Positions 40,897 through 50,944 of a stretch of DNA of 64,000 nucleotides are shown here, piece by piece (the first letter of the stretch is position 1; every line of letters starts with the position of its first letter). The DNA is from Flavobacteriales bacterium. GTDB lineage: Bacteria; Bacteroidota; Bacteroidia; Flavobacteriales_C; GCA-002722245. The notes under the pieces were generated by a model. The model did no database searches, was not told where the DNA came from, and was given only the letters and a program-made list of their open reading frames with translations. The stretch covers positions 42,243-106,242 of the forward strand of contig JAHEZL010000012.1 in assembly GCA_023251095.1 (NCBI GenBank), read 5' to 3'. The translations under genes were made by a program, and so were the position numbers.

Positions 40897-42051
40897 TTAT
40901 ATAAATCTTATTTGTAGGTTTATTTTGATAAATAATTTCCCGTCCTCTTGATACAACCATCCGTAATAATATTTTTTAGTTTCCTTTGTTGTTCGAGGTA
41001 CACCAGGGTTATTTCCATCTTCTCCAGTTGACGGCTGTTCAAATTTTGTGTTGTTTATTAAGTATTCTCGTAATAAGTTAAAGTCGTATATGTGAAAACA
41101 AACAATATCACCGTCTTCTTTTGCGATTATTACTCCTCCCGTAGCATCATAAACTCCTTGCCAAACAGTTTCCGAGGTCATTCCCATTGCGCATTCTGCT
41201 AGGAATCTTTTAAGTTTATATTCGTATAGTTTTTGTTCGGATTCCTCACCATTATAAAAATTAAGAGGGTCTCTCTTTTCTAATAATTCACTTATTTTCA
41301 TTAAAGATGAGTCTCTTTCTAGCCATCTATATAATAATGAATGAGCAATGATTTCAGGTAAATCACCATCAATCATTTTTAAATTTTTAAATAATTGAGG
41401 AGATTGAATTCCTTTAAACTTGATTTTTAAACCAAGTTCTTCGGTAATCATTTTTAAACGAGCAGTTAGCTTTGAGACTCTGCCTGGTGGTTTGTAAGTA
41501 ATTCGATTAAATTCTTCTAAAGAAATGTTTAAATCATTTTCAACTTCATAAATGAAATTATTTCCTAATCCGGTATTGAATAACGTGGAATCTTCTCCAA
41601 TTAATGATTTTACACTGAAGCCTAAATCTGCTTCTGTAGCTAGTCGATGGTCGTATATTCTAAGTTTTATATCAGTTTTACCTGATGTTAATGCAGTGAG
41701 TTTTTTAATCTGTGCATTTTCAATAAAATCATTTGCTTCTTCTATGTTAAAACTTTTTCCTTTGTTTTTTTTGATTCCCTTATAAATGAGTTCGGATTTT
41801 TGATTAAGATAATTTAGGTCTAAGCTACCCGATAGTGTTTTTTTACCATTCATTACCTTGTAAACTTGCACTTCGTTGCCTCTTTCATATTCGATTGATG
41901 AGTTTGATTCTTCTCGATATGCTTTTGTTATTTCATAATAGGAATTTTCATTTTTATTTAAATTGATATCTGATTGAAATAATTTTCCTTCAGCTAAAAG
42001 TTTAGCAAAAACATAAAGTTCACTCCATTCACCTTTATTTCCTTTCAACAT
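40897..42051 (-). CDS. HpaII-family type II restriction endonuclease
   Basis: GNKGEWSELY start, KTDI..LGFSVKS..STLFN, GMT...W.G...ATGG, LQIRF end; adjacent to an M.HpaII-like methylase. Confidence 0.9.
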   Translation of the reverse strand: MLKGNKGEWSELYVFAKLLAEGKLFQSDINLNKNENSYYEITKAYREESNSSIEYERGNEVQVYKVMNGKKTLSGSLDLNYLNQKSELIYKGIKKNKGKSFNIEEANDFIENAQIKKLTALTSGKTDIKLRIYDHRLATEADLGFSVKSLIGEDSTLFNTGLGNNFIYEVENDLNISLEEFNRITYKPPGRVSKLTARLKMITEELGLKIKFKGIQSPQLFKNLKMIDGDLPEIIAHSLLYRWLERDSSLMKISELLEKRDPLNFYNGEESEQKLYEYKLKRFLAECAMGMTSETVWQGVYDATGGVIIAKEDGDIVCFHIYDFNLLREYLINNTKFEQPSTGEDGNNPGVPRTTKETKKYYYGWLYQEDGKLFIKINLQIRFI

Positions 42052-43316
42052 ATTATTTTTATTCCAATCGTTTCTAAAATTTTATTTGCCGTTGCTTGAA
42101 TTGCCGGAACGGCAACAGAGTTCCCGAATTGTTTATATGCGGAAGCATCAGCAACAGGAATAACATAATTGTCGGGAAAACCTTGAAGTCTGGCCCATTC
42201 TCTGGGGGTCATTTTACGAACACCTTCACGATTTACACCTCCTTTAATTTTTGTTTCCGGAGTGAAGTCTGTGATTCGATCATCTATAACTAAATTCCTT
42301 TCACGTCCCATACCTCCGCAAACAACGGCGTTCGCAATACCTGTATCAGGAATAATTTCAAATCCAAAACCATTGCCTTTGCTTGCATGTCGGTTTTTGT
42401 GATTATGTAAAGTTTGCAAGTATTGAATGGAAAGGTAATAACGCGTTGGTACAACTTTTTTCTCTTTCACGTTTGAAAAAGTCACTTTTTTCTTTACGGG
42501 TTTTGGATATTCAAATTCAGTAATATTCAAATCTTTTCGAAATCCGACAATGTATATTCTTTCACGATTTTGAGGAACTCCAAATTCTTTTGCGTTGATG
42601 ATCTGAGGTTCCGGAACAAAATATCCGAGGTCGTTTCTTAAAACATTTAAAATGGTTTCTAGTGTTTTTCCTTTATCGTGACTTCTTAATCCTTTTACAT
42701 TTTCAAGAAAAATTGCTTTTGGCTTTTTACGCTTAATGATTTCGGCAACATCGAAAAACAAAGTTCCTCTGGTGTCATCAAAGCCACCGCGTTTACCTGC
42801 AATTGAAAATGCTTGACAAGGGAATCCTGCACACAAAACATCGAAACCATCTGGGATATAATTTTTCACTTGATCTTTGGTTATGTCACCAAAGGGAACT
42901 TCTCCAAAGTTTGCTCGATATGTTTTTTGTGCTTCTTTATCCCATTCACTTGTAAAAACACATTTCCCTCCCAGATTTTGCATTGCCAGTCTAAAGCCGC
43001 CAATCCCTGCAAATAGATCTATGAATTTAAAACTATAATTGTCAGGGGTAGGGAATGGAACATTTTCAACTTCAAATAATAGCTGTTGTAATGCGTCTTC
43101 TGCTGCTAAAGAAAAATTCTCTTCGTCTTGTTTGTATGTGACGAACTCTTTTAAAACTTTCAGAGCATCTTTTTTGTAGTGTTTTGACACGCCATTATCT
43201 ATGTTGTGGAGATAATGGGTTAAAACAGCCTTTTTATTATCAATTGGCTCGACAAGTCTTATTTGAAGACGTTTGCCGTCAAATTCATTAATACTTATTT
43301 TTTCTTTTAGCTTCAT
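42045..43316 (-). CDS. DNA (cytosine-5)-methyltransferase closely resembling M.HpaII (CCGG)
   Basis: FAGIGG, AGFPCQ, ENV, QNRERI, GNSV; variable region SKGNGFG..GGMGRERNL matches M.HpaII as I recall it. Confidence 0.95.
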   Translation of the reverse strand: MKLKEKISINEFDGKRLQIRLVEPIDNKKAVLTHYLHNIDNGVSKHYKKDALKVLKEFVTYKQDEENFSLAAEDALQQLLFEVENVPFPTPDNYSFKFIDLFAGIGGFRLAMQNLGGKCVFTSEWDKEAQKTYRANFGEVPFGDITKDQVKNYIPDGFDVLCAGFPCQAFSIAGKRGGFDDTRGTLFFDVAEIIKRKKPKAIFLENVKGLRSHDKGKTLETILNVLRNDLGYFVPEPQIINAKEFGVPQNRERIYIVGFRKDLNITEFEYPKPVKKKVTFSNVKEKKVVPTRYYLSIQYLQTLHNHKNRHASKGNGFGFEIIPDTGIANAVVCGGMGRERNLVIDDRITDFTPETKIKGGVNREGVRKMTPREWARLQGFPDNYVIPVADASAYKQFGNSVAVPAIQATANKILETIGIKIIC

Positions 43317-43719
43317 TGATCGTTTCGATAATTGTATCAGTGCAAGTTCGTGAATTTTTAATTATGTCCTTACCCCAAAACCTTAAAACTTTCCAGCCAT
43401 CTTTCAACAATTTTTCATTCACTTCTCTATCTCTTTCAATATTTCGTTCAATTTTAGCTAGCCAAAAGTCTTGATTGGTCTTGTGATCATGCTTTTTTGT
43501 TTCCCAATCCTTCCCATGCCAAAATTCACTGTCTACAAAAACAGCGATTTTTAGTTTTTTGAAAGTTAAGTCGGGTTTGCCAAATACGGTTTTGTCATTT
43601 TTACGGTAACGATATCCGAGGGAAAATAAAGATTTAGCTAAAACAGTTTCAATTTTTGACCCCTTAGACTTAACCGCTTGCATATTTTTTTTGCGTTGTT
43701 CTTTGGTTAGCTTGTCCAT
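43288..43719 (-). CDS. vsr: Very short patch repair endonuclease
   Basis: MD.LT.EQR..NM, GKPD, FVDSEFWHG, KIERN..RD, GWKVLRFW. Confidence 0.95.
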   Translation of the reverse strand: MDKLTKEQRKKNMQAVKSKGSKIETVLAKSLFSLGYRYRKNDKTVFGKPDLTFKKLKIAVFVDSEFWHGKDWETKKHDHKTNQDFWLAKIERNIERDREVNEKLLKDGWKVLRFWGKDIIKNSRTCTDTIIETINEAKRKNKY

Positions 43720-43865
43720 GGAATCTATTGAGATTTTGTTCTATTGATAAATTTAATGTTGATTTATCATAATGTGCAATTTTGAAGTGATAATTGTTTA
43801 ACAAAACAGTGATAAAATAGGGGTGTCTATTATTTCCAAGTAATGCAAACAAGAGAAAATAGCCA

Positions 43866-44312
43866 CTATTTCTTATACTTCATATCATGCAATTCCTCCG
43901 CCTCTTCAATAGAATGCGATTGAGATAAATCGCTTTCTTTTTTTGCCATGGTACTCAACTTGTGAAAATAACTACTCAGAATTTTCAATTCTTCTTCATT
44001 GAGGTTTTCAACGTCGATGAGTCGGTTGCTGGGTCCATTGAGCGAAGCGATCAATTCATTTAGTTTGAGGTGGATGGCCTGAGAGTCTTTGTTTTGTGTG
44101 CGCTGAATGAGGAAAACCATCAGGAAGGTAATAATAGTAGTGCCGGTGTTGATGGCCAGTTGCCATGTGTCGGAAAAATCAAAGAGGGGTCCGGAAATCA
44201 ACCATCCGATAATAATGATCAGCGCTGTAATAAAGGCGAGGGTAGTACCTGTGAAAACAGTTGCTGAACGGGAAATGCTTTCAAAAATGTTGGTTTTTTT
44301 ATTGGTTGTCAT
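43866..44312 (-). CDS. Low-affinity iron permease (Fet4-like) family protein; ATG start at 44312
   Basis: FSDTWQLAINTGTTIITFLMVFLIQ.TQN.D..A..LKL.EL. Confidence 0.92.
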   Translation of the reverse strand: MTTNKKTNIFESISRSATVFTGTTLAFITALIIIIGWLISGPLFDFSDTWQLAINTGTTIITFLMVFLIQRTQNKDSQAIHLKLNELIASLNGPSNRLIDVENLNEEELKILSSYFHKLSTMAKKESDLSQSHSIEEAEELHDMKYKK

Positions 44313-44355
44313 AACAAGAGATTTTCTTTTAACCAAAGTAACACTTTTCAAAAGT

Positions 44356-44380
44356 AAAAAGCCCGTTTTGCAACGGGCTA
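44356..44380 (-). terminator. Minus-strand terminator-like hairpin with no upstream CDS
   Basis: Minus strand reads TAGCCCGTT-GCAA-AACGGGCTTTTT. Confidence 0.6.
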
Positions 44381-44521
44381 ATAAAGAATAATTTTAGAAC
44401 GTTGAATCTGTCAAATTTGTCTTCGAGTCTATAGAGTAAAAGTCTGTGCCAGAGAGATGATCGGAAACTTATTAATAAACATTATTTTAGCGCCAAACCA
44501 TAATAGTACTGAAAGAATAAA

Positions 44522-45208
44522 ATGAAAAAATATATTTTTCTGTTGATTTTCGCCTTTTCATTGATCGCTTGTAATAATGATAAGAAGGAGGCTGTGCCTG
44601 TGAAAGAGACTGTTGTTGTTAAGAGGTTTAAGGAGATATTTGTGCATTCTGCCGATGAAGCTATTGCGGAATTGAAGGCAGGGAACAAACGTTTTTTGTC
44701 GGATTCGCTAATCAATATTGATCATCTGGAACAAATTGAACTTACCAAGCACGGACATCAACCGCACACTGTTGTTTTGTCGTGCATGGATTCGCGTGTG
44801 CCACCCGAGATCATTATGGATCAGGGAATCGGAAATCTTTTTGTTATTCGCAATGCCGGAAATCTAGAGGATCATAATGTGCTGGGCAGTATGGAATATG
44901 CAGTTGAACATTCGGTTAAACTGATAATGGTGATGGGACACAGCCATTGCGGAGCAGTAACCGGTGCTGTAAATGAAATTAAAATGGGACACTTAACGCA
45001 GCTCGTGGAACAAATTACACCCGTTATTACCGAAGGTGCATCAAAGGCACACACCATTAATGAAACTGCGAAAAGCAGCATTTTCAATACTATTAAAGAT
45101 ATTACCGACAGAAGTATTATCATCAGAGGAAAACTGAACGACAAAAAAATAAAAATTGTTGGCGCTTTTTATGACATTGAAACGGGTGAGGTTTTATTTT
45201 TAGAGTAA
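44522..45208 (+). CDS. Beta-class carbonic anhydrase lipoprotein
   Basis: LIAC lipobox, GNKRF, CMDSRV, GHSHCGA. Confidence 0.93.
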   Translation: MKKYIFLLIFAFSLIACNNDKKEAVPVKETVVVKRFKEIFVHSADEAIAELKAGNKRFLSDSLINIDHLEQIELTKHGHQPHTVVLSCMDSRVPPEIIMDQGIGNLFVIRNAGNLEDHNVLGSMEYAVEHSVKLIMVMGHSHCGAVTGAVNEIKMGHLTQLVEQITPVITEGASKAHTINETAKSSIFNTIKDITDRSIIIRGKLNDKKIKIVGAFYDIETGEVLFLE

Positions 45209-45245
45209 GGATTTTAAATAAGTAGCTTCAAAAAAAACATATACA

Positions 45246-46613
45246 ATGACCTTTTCTCAACTCGGCTTAAATTCTTTTTTACTTCAATCGCTCACTGAAA
45301 ACAATATTGTTTCACCCACTGAAATTCAGCAAAAGGTGCTTCCTTTTGTGTTGAGCACACGCAAAAATTTAGTGGCTGTTTCACAAACCGGAACGGGAAA
45401 AACGGCGGCTTTTGGTTTACCTATTTTACAGTTAATTGATCCGAAGCTGATGCAAACGCAAGTGCTGGTGATAGTGCCAACGCGTGAGCTGGCGCAACAG
45501 GTGGCGAAGGATTTGTTTGTATTTTCGCGTTACATTGTGCGCATTCACACAGAGGCAGTATTTGGCGGAAAACAAATTGAAGAACAAATCAAAAAGTTAG
45601 AAACACCCAAACATATTATAGTGGCAACACCCGGTAGATTGGTGGATCTGATGAATAGAAAAATTGTGGATTTATCTCATCTTAAATTTTTGGTACTGGA
45701 TGAAGCCGATGAAATGTTGCGCATGGGTTTTAAAGCCGATGTGGAAAGAGTTCTTCGTGCTTGTAAACCAGGTGTGCGCAAATTTTTGTTCACGAGTACA
45801 ATGCCTGATGAAATTAAGCAAGTAGCGCGTCAGTACTTAGGAGAAGGTGTGGATGAAATTCATATCAAGCCTCAGGAATTTGTGAACAGAAATATTGAGC
45901 ATTTGTATATTCCTTATGCTTACGGCTATAAATTTGAATTTTTAAAAACCTATTTATTGCAGCATCCCGACGAGCGCGGAATTATTTTTTGCAGAACTCA
46001 GGCTGCCGCGAAATTGTTGCGCCAGCAGCTGATTGGTTGTGATATCTCTGCAGGTTCTTTGTATGGCGACCTCAATCAGTTTGAGCGCGACAAGGTAATG
46101 GCTGCGTTTAAAGGAAAGCGCATTTCTTTGCTCATCGCTACGGATATTGCAGCGCGCGGCATTGACGTTGCCGACTTGAATTTTGTTATTCACTATCATC
46201 TCGCAGAAAACGAAGCGCAGTACATCAACCGCAGCGGACGCACAGCCCGTGCCGGAAAAAAAGGTCTTTCTATTTCTTTGGTACAAGACGATGAGTTGTT
46301 TCACATCAAAGAAATTGAAGATATTTTGCGTATCAAATTTTCTGAAGAAAAATTAAAGGTGGTGATTGATAAAACTCCGTCGCATGATGTGGAGTTGAAA
46401 ATAAACATCGGTACACGCCATGAACTCAATATCGCTTCGTTTAAAGAATTTCTTTTGGAGTTTGCAGGCTTGAAAGAAGATGCAATTCGTGATGTTAAAT
46501 TGTTTAGAGCTGAAACTACTTTTGTGATGGATTCACGTTATGAAAATCAGTTGATGAAGAATATTGATAACGGGAAGTTTTTTCATCAGAGAATTTTGAT
46601 TGAAAAGATTTAA
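45246..46613 (+). CDS. DEAD-box RNA helicase with DbpA-type C-terminal domain
   Basis: QTGTGKT, PTRELA, TPGR, DEAD, ARGID, RSGRTAR. Confidence 0.95.
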   Translation: MTFSQLGLNSFLLQSLTENNIVSPTEIQQKVLPFVLSTRKNLVAVSQTGTGKTAAFGLPILQLIDPKLMQTQVLVIVPTRELAQQVAKDLFVFSRYIVRIHTEAVFGGKQIEEQIKKLETPKHIIVATPGRLVDLMNRKIVDLSHLKFLVLDEADEMLRMGFKADVERVLRACKPGVRKFLFTSTMPDEIKQVARQYLGEGVDEIHIKPQEFVNRNIEHLYIPYAYGYKFEFLKTYLLQHPDERGIIFCRTQAAAKLLRQQLIGCDISAGSLYGDLNQFERDKVMAAFKGKRISLLIATDIAARGIDVADLNFVIHYHLAENEAQYINRSGRTARAGKKGLSISLVQDDELFHIKEIEDILRIKFSEEKLKVVIDKTPSHDVELKINIGTRHELNIASFKEFLLEFAGLKEDAIRDVKLFRAETTFVMDSRYENQLMKNIDNGKFFHQRILIEKI

Positions 46614-46626
46614 TTAATTTAAGCAG

Positions 46627-48087
46627 ATGTCGCTAGCGAACAACATAGGATTTAATTTCGATAATACTTATCTCTCGCTGCCTCAAAAACTATTTGAGAA
46701 GTGTTTGCCTACTGTTGTGGCTGAGCCTCGATTGGTGATTTTCAATAAAGCATTGGCGAAGGAATTAGGATTGAATTCAGAGAATATTTCAGAAGAGGAA
46801 ATCGCTGCGTATTTATCAGGAAATAAAATCATGGAAGGTTCGCAGCCCATTGCGCAGGCTTACGCCGGACATCAGTTCGGGCATTTCAATATGTTGGGTG
46901 ATGGCAGAGCAATTTTGTTGGGTGAACATGTTACGCCGCAAAACAAGAGATTTGATATTCAGTTGAAAGGTCCGGGACCAACGCCTTATTCCCGCAATGG
47001 TGACGGTAGAGCTACGTTGAGTTCCATGTTGCGCGAGTATATCATCAGCGAAGCGATGCAGGCCTTGGGTATTCCTACCACAAGAAGTTTAGCGGTAGTT
47101 GCAAGCGGTGAGGAAGTGCACAGGGAATACACGCATGAAGGAGGAGTGCTCACAAGAATTGCTGCCAGTCATATTCGTGTTGGAACTTTTGAATTTGTGC
47201 GCAGATTCAATGACCTTGAAACATTTAAAACATTTGTTAATTATACCATTCAGCGCCATTATCCGGAAGTGATGAACACTGAAAATCCGCCATTGGAATT
47301 GTTTAAAGCGGTGATGGAAAAACAAATTACACTCATCGTAAATTGGATGCGTGTTGGTTTTATTCATGGCGTGATGAATACCGATAATATGAGTATTTCG
47401 GGAGAAACCATTGATTATGGTCCCTGCGCATTTATGAATGCCTATCATTCTCAAACCGTTTTTAGTTCAATTGACAGAAGTGGACGCTATGCTTTCGGAA
47501 ATCAGGTTGTGATAGCGAAATGGAATCTCACGCGCTTTGCTGAAACTTTGCTGGTGCTTATTCATTCCGACAGCGATAAAGCGATTGAAATGGTACAGGA
47601 AGTTCTACAAACTTTTATTCCAAAATTTGAAGAACAGTGGTTGAGGATGATGCGGAATAAATTGGGATTGATGACTGAGGAAGAGAATGATGAAAAACTC
47701 ATTAGCACTTTATTATTGTGGATGCAGGATCGTGGTGCCGATTATATCAATACTTTTAATGCTTTGGAGTATGAAGAATTTTTAAATGATGCTGTATATC
47801 AAAACAATGAATTTAAATCGTGGTATGAGCTCTGGCGCAAAAGAAGGGAGAGTGAAAACAGCAAAGCTTCTTTTGAATTGATGCGAAAAACCAATCCTGT
47901 TGTTATTCCGCGAAATCATAGGTTAGAGGAGGCTTTGCAAACTGCCGCTCATGAAAATGATTTGTCGCTTTTAAATGAATTGCTGGCTGCGGTATCGGAT
48001 CCTTATCAATTTAAAAAGGAATTCGCTAAGTACCAAAATCCGCCTGAAGATGGGGGTAAAGGATATAAAACGTATTGTGGTACTTAA
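46627..48087 (+). CDS. selO: Protein adenylyltransferase SelO/YdiU
   Basis: YAGHQFG, LGDGRA, QLKG.G.TPYSR.GDGRA, HGVMNTDN, DYGP, TYCGT. Confidence 0.96.
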   Translation: MSLANNIGFNFDNTYLSLPQKLFEKCLPTVVAEPRLVIFNKALAKELGLNSENISEEEIAAYLSGNKIMEGSQPIAQAYAGHQFGHFNMLGDGRAILLGEHVTPQNKRFDIQLKGPGPTPYSRNGDGRATLSSMLREYIISEAMQALGIPTTRSLAVVASGEEVHREYTHEGGVLTRIAASHIRVGTFEFVRRFNDLETFKTFVNYTIQRHYPEVMNTENPPLELFKAVMEKQITLIVNWMRVGFIHGVMNTDNMSISGETIDYGPCAFMNAYHSQTVFSSIDRSGRYAFGNQVVIAKWNLTRFAETLLVLIHSDSDKAIEMVQEVLQTFIPKFEEQWLRMMRNKLGLMTEEENDEKLISTLLLWMQDRGADYINTFNALEYEEFLNDAVYQNNEFKSWYELWRKRRESENSKASFELMRKTNPVVIPRNHRLEEALQTAAHENDLSLLNELLAAVSDPYQFKKEFAKYQNPPEDGGKGYKTYCGT

Positions 48088-48957
48088 TTACTCTTGATTT
48101 TCTACTTGTACAACTTTTCCGCCTTTGTAGAACATTGTTTTAATTAATTTACCGTTAGTACCATACTGAAAAACCTTTCCGTCGATCAAGGCTCCGTTTT
48201 CAAACATGCCTTCACGTGCCACTCTTCCTTCTCTGTCTTTCAATTGATATAGTCCGTTGCCGTCAAAGTTGCCGACTTTAAATTTTTCTTTGGCAGCGTT
48301 TTGGTCGGCGGGAACTTCTTTTGTTTCTAATTTAGTTTCGGAAGCAGTGTTGTTGATCGGATTTTTTCTGTCGTATTCTTTTGTGGCCTTCGCATTCATT
48401 TCTCCATTTGCGTAGGTTTTTTCAGATTTCAAATCTCCGTTTTCATAATACTCTTTGATGGTGCCATTTTCTTTTCCGTTCACCCATTCACCGCTGATTC
48501 TTATTTTCCCGTTTTCGTAATAGTATTTTTGTTCACCCGTTCGTGAGCCTTGGTTGTTGTAGTTCCATTCGCTTGCCGGCTGACCGTTTTCGTAGTAGAA
48601 TTTATATGCTCCTATCCATTGTCCGCTTTTCCAGGTTCCTTCCTCTTTTTTATTTCCGTTAGGGTAATAAAAAACAGCCGGACCGTTAGGTAAATTCTTC
48701 TGAAAGGTGAGTTGTTCTTTAACTTTATCGTTGTTGAAATAGTGGAGCCATTTTCCGTTTTTAAGATTGTCGACGTAATCGCCTTCCTCCACTTTTTGAT
48801 CGTCGCCGTAACCCGGCAATTTTTTTGCCTTGTCTTTGTTCAGGAAAACCCAGTGACCTTGTTTTAATTTGTTTTGATCGATTACGTTTTGTGCGCTTAG
48901 CACAGCAGCACAGCCAACAAGAGCAAGCGTTATAATCCCTTTTTTCATCTTTCCCAT
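48088..48957 (-). CDS. Exported MORN-variant repeat protein (YwqK-like)
   Basis: Signal peptide; repeated YYENG...EG.W.NG...G units. Confidence 0.85.
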   Translation of the reverse strand: MGKMKKGIITLALVGCAAVLSAQNVIDQNKLKQGHWVFLNKDKAKKLPGYGDDQKVEEGDYVDNLKNGKWLHYFNNDKVKEQLTFQKNLPNGPAVFYYPNGNKKEEGTWKSGQWIGAYKFYYENGQPASEWNYNNQGSRTGEQKYYYENGKIRISGEWVNGKENGTIKEYYENGDLKSEKTYANGEMNAKATKEYDRKNPINNTASETKLETKEVPADQNAAKEKFKVGNFDGNGLYQLKDREGRVAREGMFENGALIDGKVFQYGTNGKLIKTMFYKGGKVVQVENQE

Positions 48958-49111
48958 TTTATCCCATCTTTATATAATACATCGTTTAGACGTTGTTGTG
49001 TAGTATCAAGTTGCCCGATGTATCCGAATTGCAAAATAATAATAGGAAGAAATTTTGTGCAGCACAAATTAAGTTAATCACAAATGGCGGTGAATAACTG
49101 TGTTTTGAGAC

Positions 49112-50218
49112 TTATTCAATCACTGTTTTTTTGAGTGCTTTTAAATAGTTTTCGTCAACACTGGCGCCTAATCCGCTTGTTTCAGGCACAGTGATTTCTC
49201 CTTTGGAATTGTAAAGTATTCCGCCAAGCACATAATCTTCTTTGAGCATCAATGGAGAATCGAAATCAAAGTGAATAATATTGTTGCTGCTCAAAGCCAG
49301 ATGTGCGGAGGCGGTAAAGGCCAAACGCGATTCCAGAAAACCGCCTACTTGCATTTTAATGTCGGCAGCCTCGGCCAGTTGAATGATTTTTAAGGCTTTA
49401 AATATTCCTGATGATTTTCCCAGTTTCACATTAAACTGATCGCAGGCCGATAGCGCAATGAGGCGTTTGGCGTCGTGATGATCGCAGCAGGATTCGTCGG
49501 CCATGATGGAGATCGGACTCTCTTTTTTTATTCGGGGCAGTTCCATAAAATCCCAGCGCGGAATCGGTTCTTCGCAATGTTGAAGGTTGTAAGGAGCCAA
49601 AGCCGTTAAGATATCAAGAGCTTCTTCGGCTTTCCAGCCTTGATTAGCATCAATTCGTAAAGGAATTTCATTACCGATGGCTTCGCGTATGTTTTTGATG
49701 CGTTCAATATCCTGTTCTTTTGTACCGCCTAATTTTACTTTGATGATTTGAAATCCTGCTGCAATAATTTTTTGAGCATCGGCGGCCATTTTATCAGCGT
49801 TATCAATGCTGATGGTATAATCGGTTAGAAGAATTTTATTGTTTTTCCCTCTCAAAAAAGCATAGAGTGGAAGTTGTGCGTGTTGTGCGGCGATATCATA
49901 TAGCGCAATGTCAAAAGCACTTTTGATGCTGGAGTTTCCGTAAATTGTAGCATCCATAACGGCGGAGCAAGCGGCGATATCCAGTGGATTTTTACCGAGT
50001 AAATTTTGCGCCAGATATTTTCCCACCACAACGCCCGATTCCATGCTTTCACCATTGATGGTTTTAAACGGACAGCATTCTCCGAAGCCTGTCAGCCCAT
50101 CATCGGTTTTAATAAGAACGATTATATTTTCGGCATATTCGTGTTTTCCTAAGGAGATGATGAAGGGCTCTTTTAGTTTTATCGGCGATGGATAAATTTC
50201 AATTTTCTTGATTTTCAT
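49112..50218 (-). CDS. Dipeptide (L-Ala-D/L-Glu) epimerase, enolase superfamily
   Basis: KVKLG, DANQGW, EEP, ADES, NVKLGK.SG, DFD. Confidence 0.92.
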   Translation of the reverse strand: MKIKKIEIYPSPIKLKEPFIISLGKHEYAENIIVLIKTDDGLTGFGECCPFKTINGESMESGVVVGKYLAQNLLGKNPLDIAACSAVMDATIYGNSSIKSAFDIALYDIAAQHAQLPLYAFLRGKNNKILLTDYTISIDNADKMAADAQKIIAAGFQIIKVKLGGTKEQDIERIKNIREAIGNEIPLRIDANQGWKAEEALDILTALAPYNLQHCEEPIPRWDFMELPRIKKESPISIMADESCCDHHDAKRLIALSACDQFNVKLGKSSGIFKALKIIQLAEAADIKMQVGGFLESRLAFTASAHLALSSNNIIHFDFDSPLMLKEDYVLGGILYNSKGEITVPETSGLGASVDENYLKALKKTVIE

Positions 50219-50251
50219 GCTTGCAAATTAAAATATTAAATTTAGAATCTA

Positions 50252-50722
50252 ATGAATGATTTCACCGCCATAGATTTTGAAACTGCTAATCAAAAGGGTT
50301 CCAGTATTTGTCAGATAGGATTGGTGAGGGTAGAAGGTGGCGAAGTGGTGAAAACGATCAATCAGTTGATTTGTCCGCCGGGCAATTTTTACTCCTATTG
50401 GAATATTAAAGTACACGGAATTAGTCCTGATAAAACTGCCGATGCGCCAACCTTTGAAGAGGTGTGGGGACACATAAAAGTATTTATTGAAGATCAGGTT
50501 TTGGTGGCGCACAACGCGTCGTTTGATTGTTCTTGTCTGAAGCAGGTGTTGGCTTTTTATGATTTGGCCTCGGTTGTTTATGAGCGACAATGCACTTACA
50601 AAATTTATAAAAAAGGATTGGCTGTGGTTTGCGAAGAGCAGGGGATTACCCTCAATCATCATGATGCGTTGAGTGATGCAATGGCGTGCGCGGAGTTGTA
50701 TAGGAGGTATTTAAGTAAATAG
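50252..50722 (+). CDS. DEDDh 3'-5' exonuclease (DnaQ-like)
   Basis: AIDFETAN, VAHNASFD, HHDALSDA. Confidence 0.93.
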   Translation: MNDFTAIDFETANQKGSSICQIGLVRVEGGEVVKTINQLICPPGNFYSYWNIKVHGISPDKTADAPTFEEVWGHIKVFIEDQVLVAHNASFDCSCLKQVLAFYDLASVVYERQCTYKIYKKGLAVVCEEQGITLNHHDALSDAMACAELYRRYLSK

Positions 50723-50735
50723 TGTCTTCTCTCTT

Positions 50736-50866
50736 CTTACTTTTTCCTTGATGAAAAAGTAACAAAAAATCAAGAGCTAAGAGATGCTGCCATCGCACGA
50801 AAACCCTCACACACGCTCGCCTCTTAGCTCGGGCCTCCGCACGAAGTTAGCGGCCCATTATCTGAA
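50736..50866. repeat. Structured intergenic repeat, pseudoknot family, copy 2
   Basis: Same ends as 833-998, same orientation. Confidence 0.9.
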
Positions 50867-50944
50867 GTACATTTTTTAAATTTTAAAAGTTTTATCAGAA
50901 ACAATATTATTACAAGGATTAAAGTTTCACACAAAACTCTTCCT

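Noticed and set aside
48088-48957. YwqK-like antitoxin of a toxin-antitoxin system
   Set aside because: Generic MORN-variant repeats with a signal peptide; no adjacent toxin
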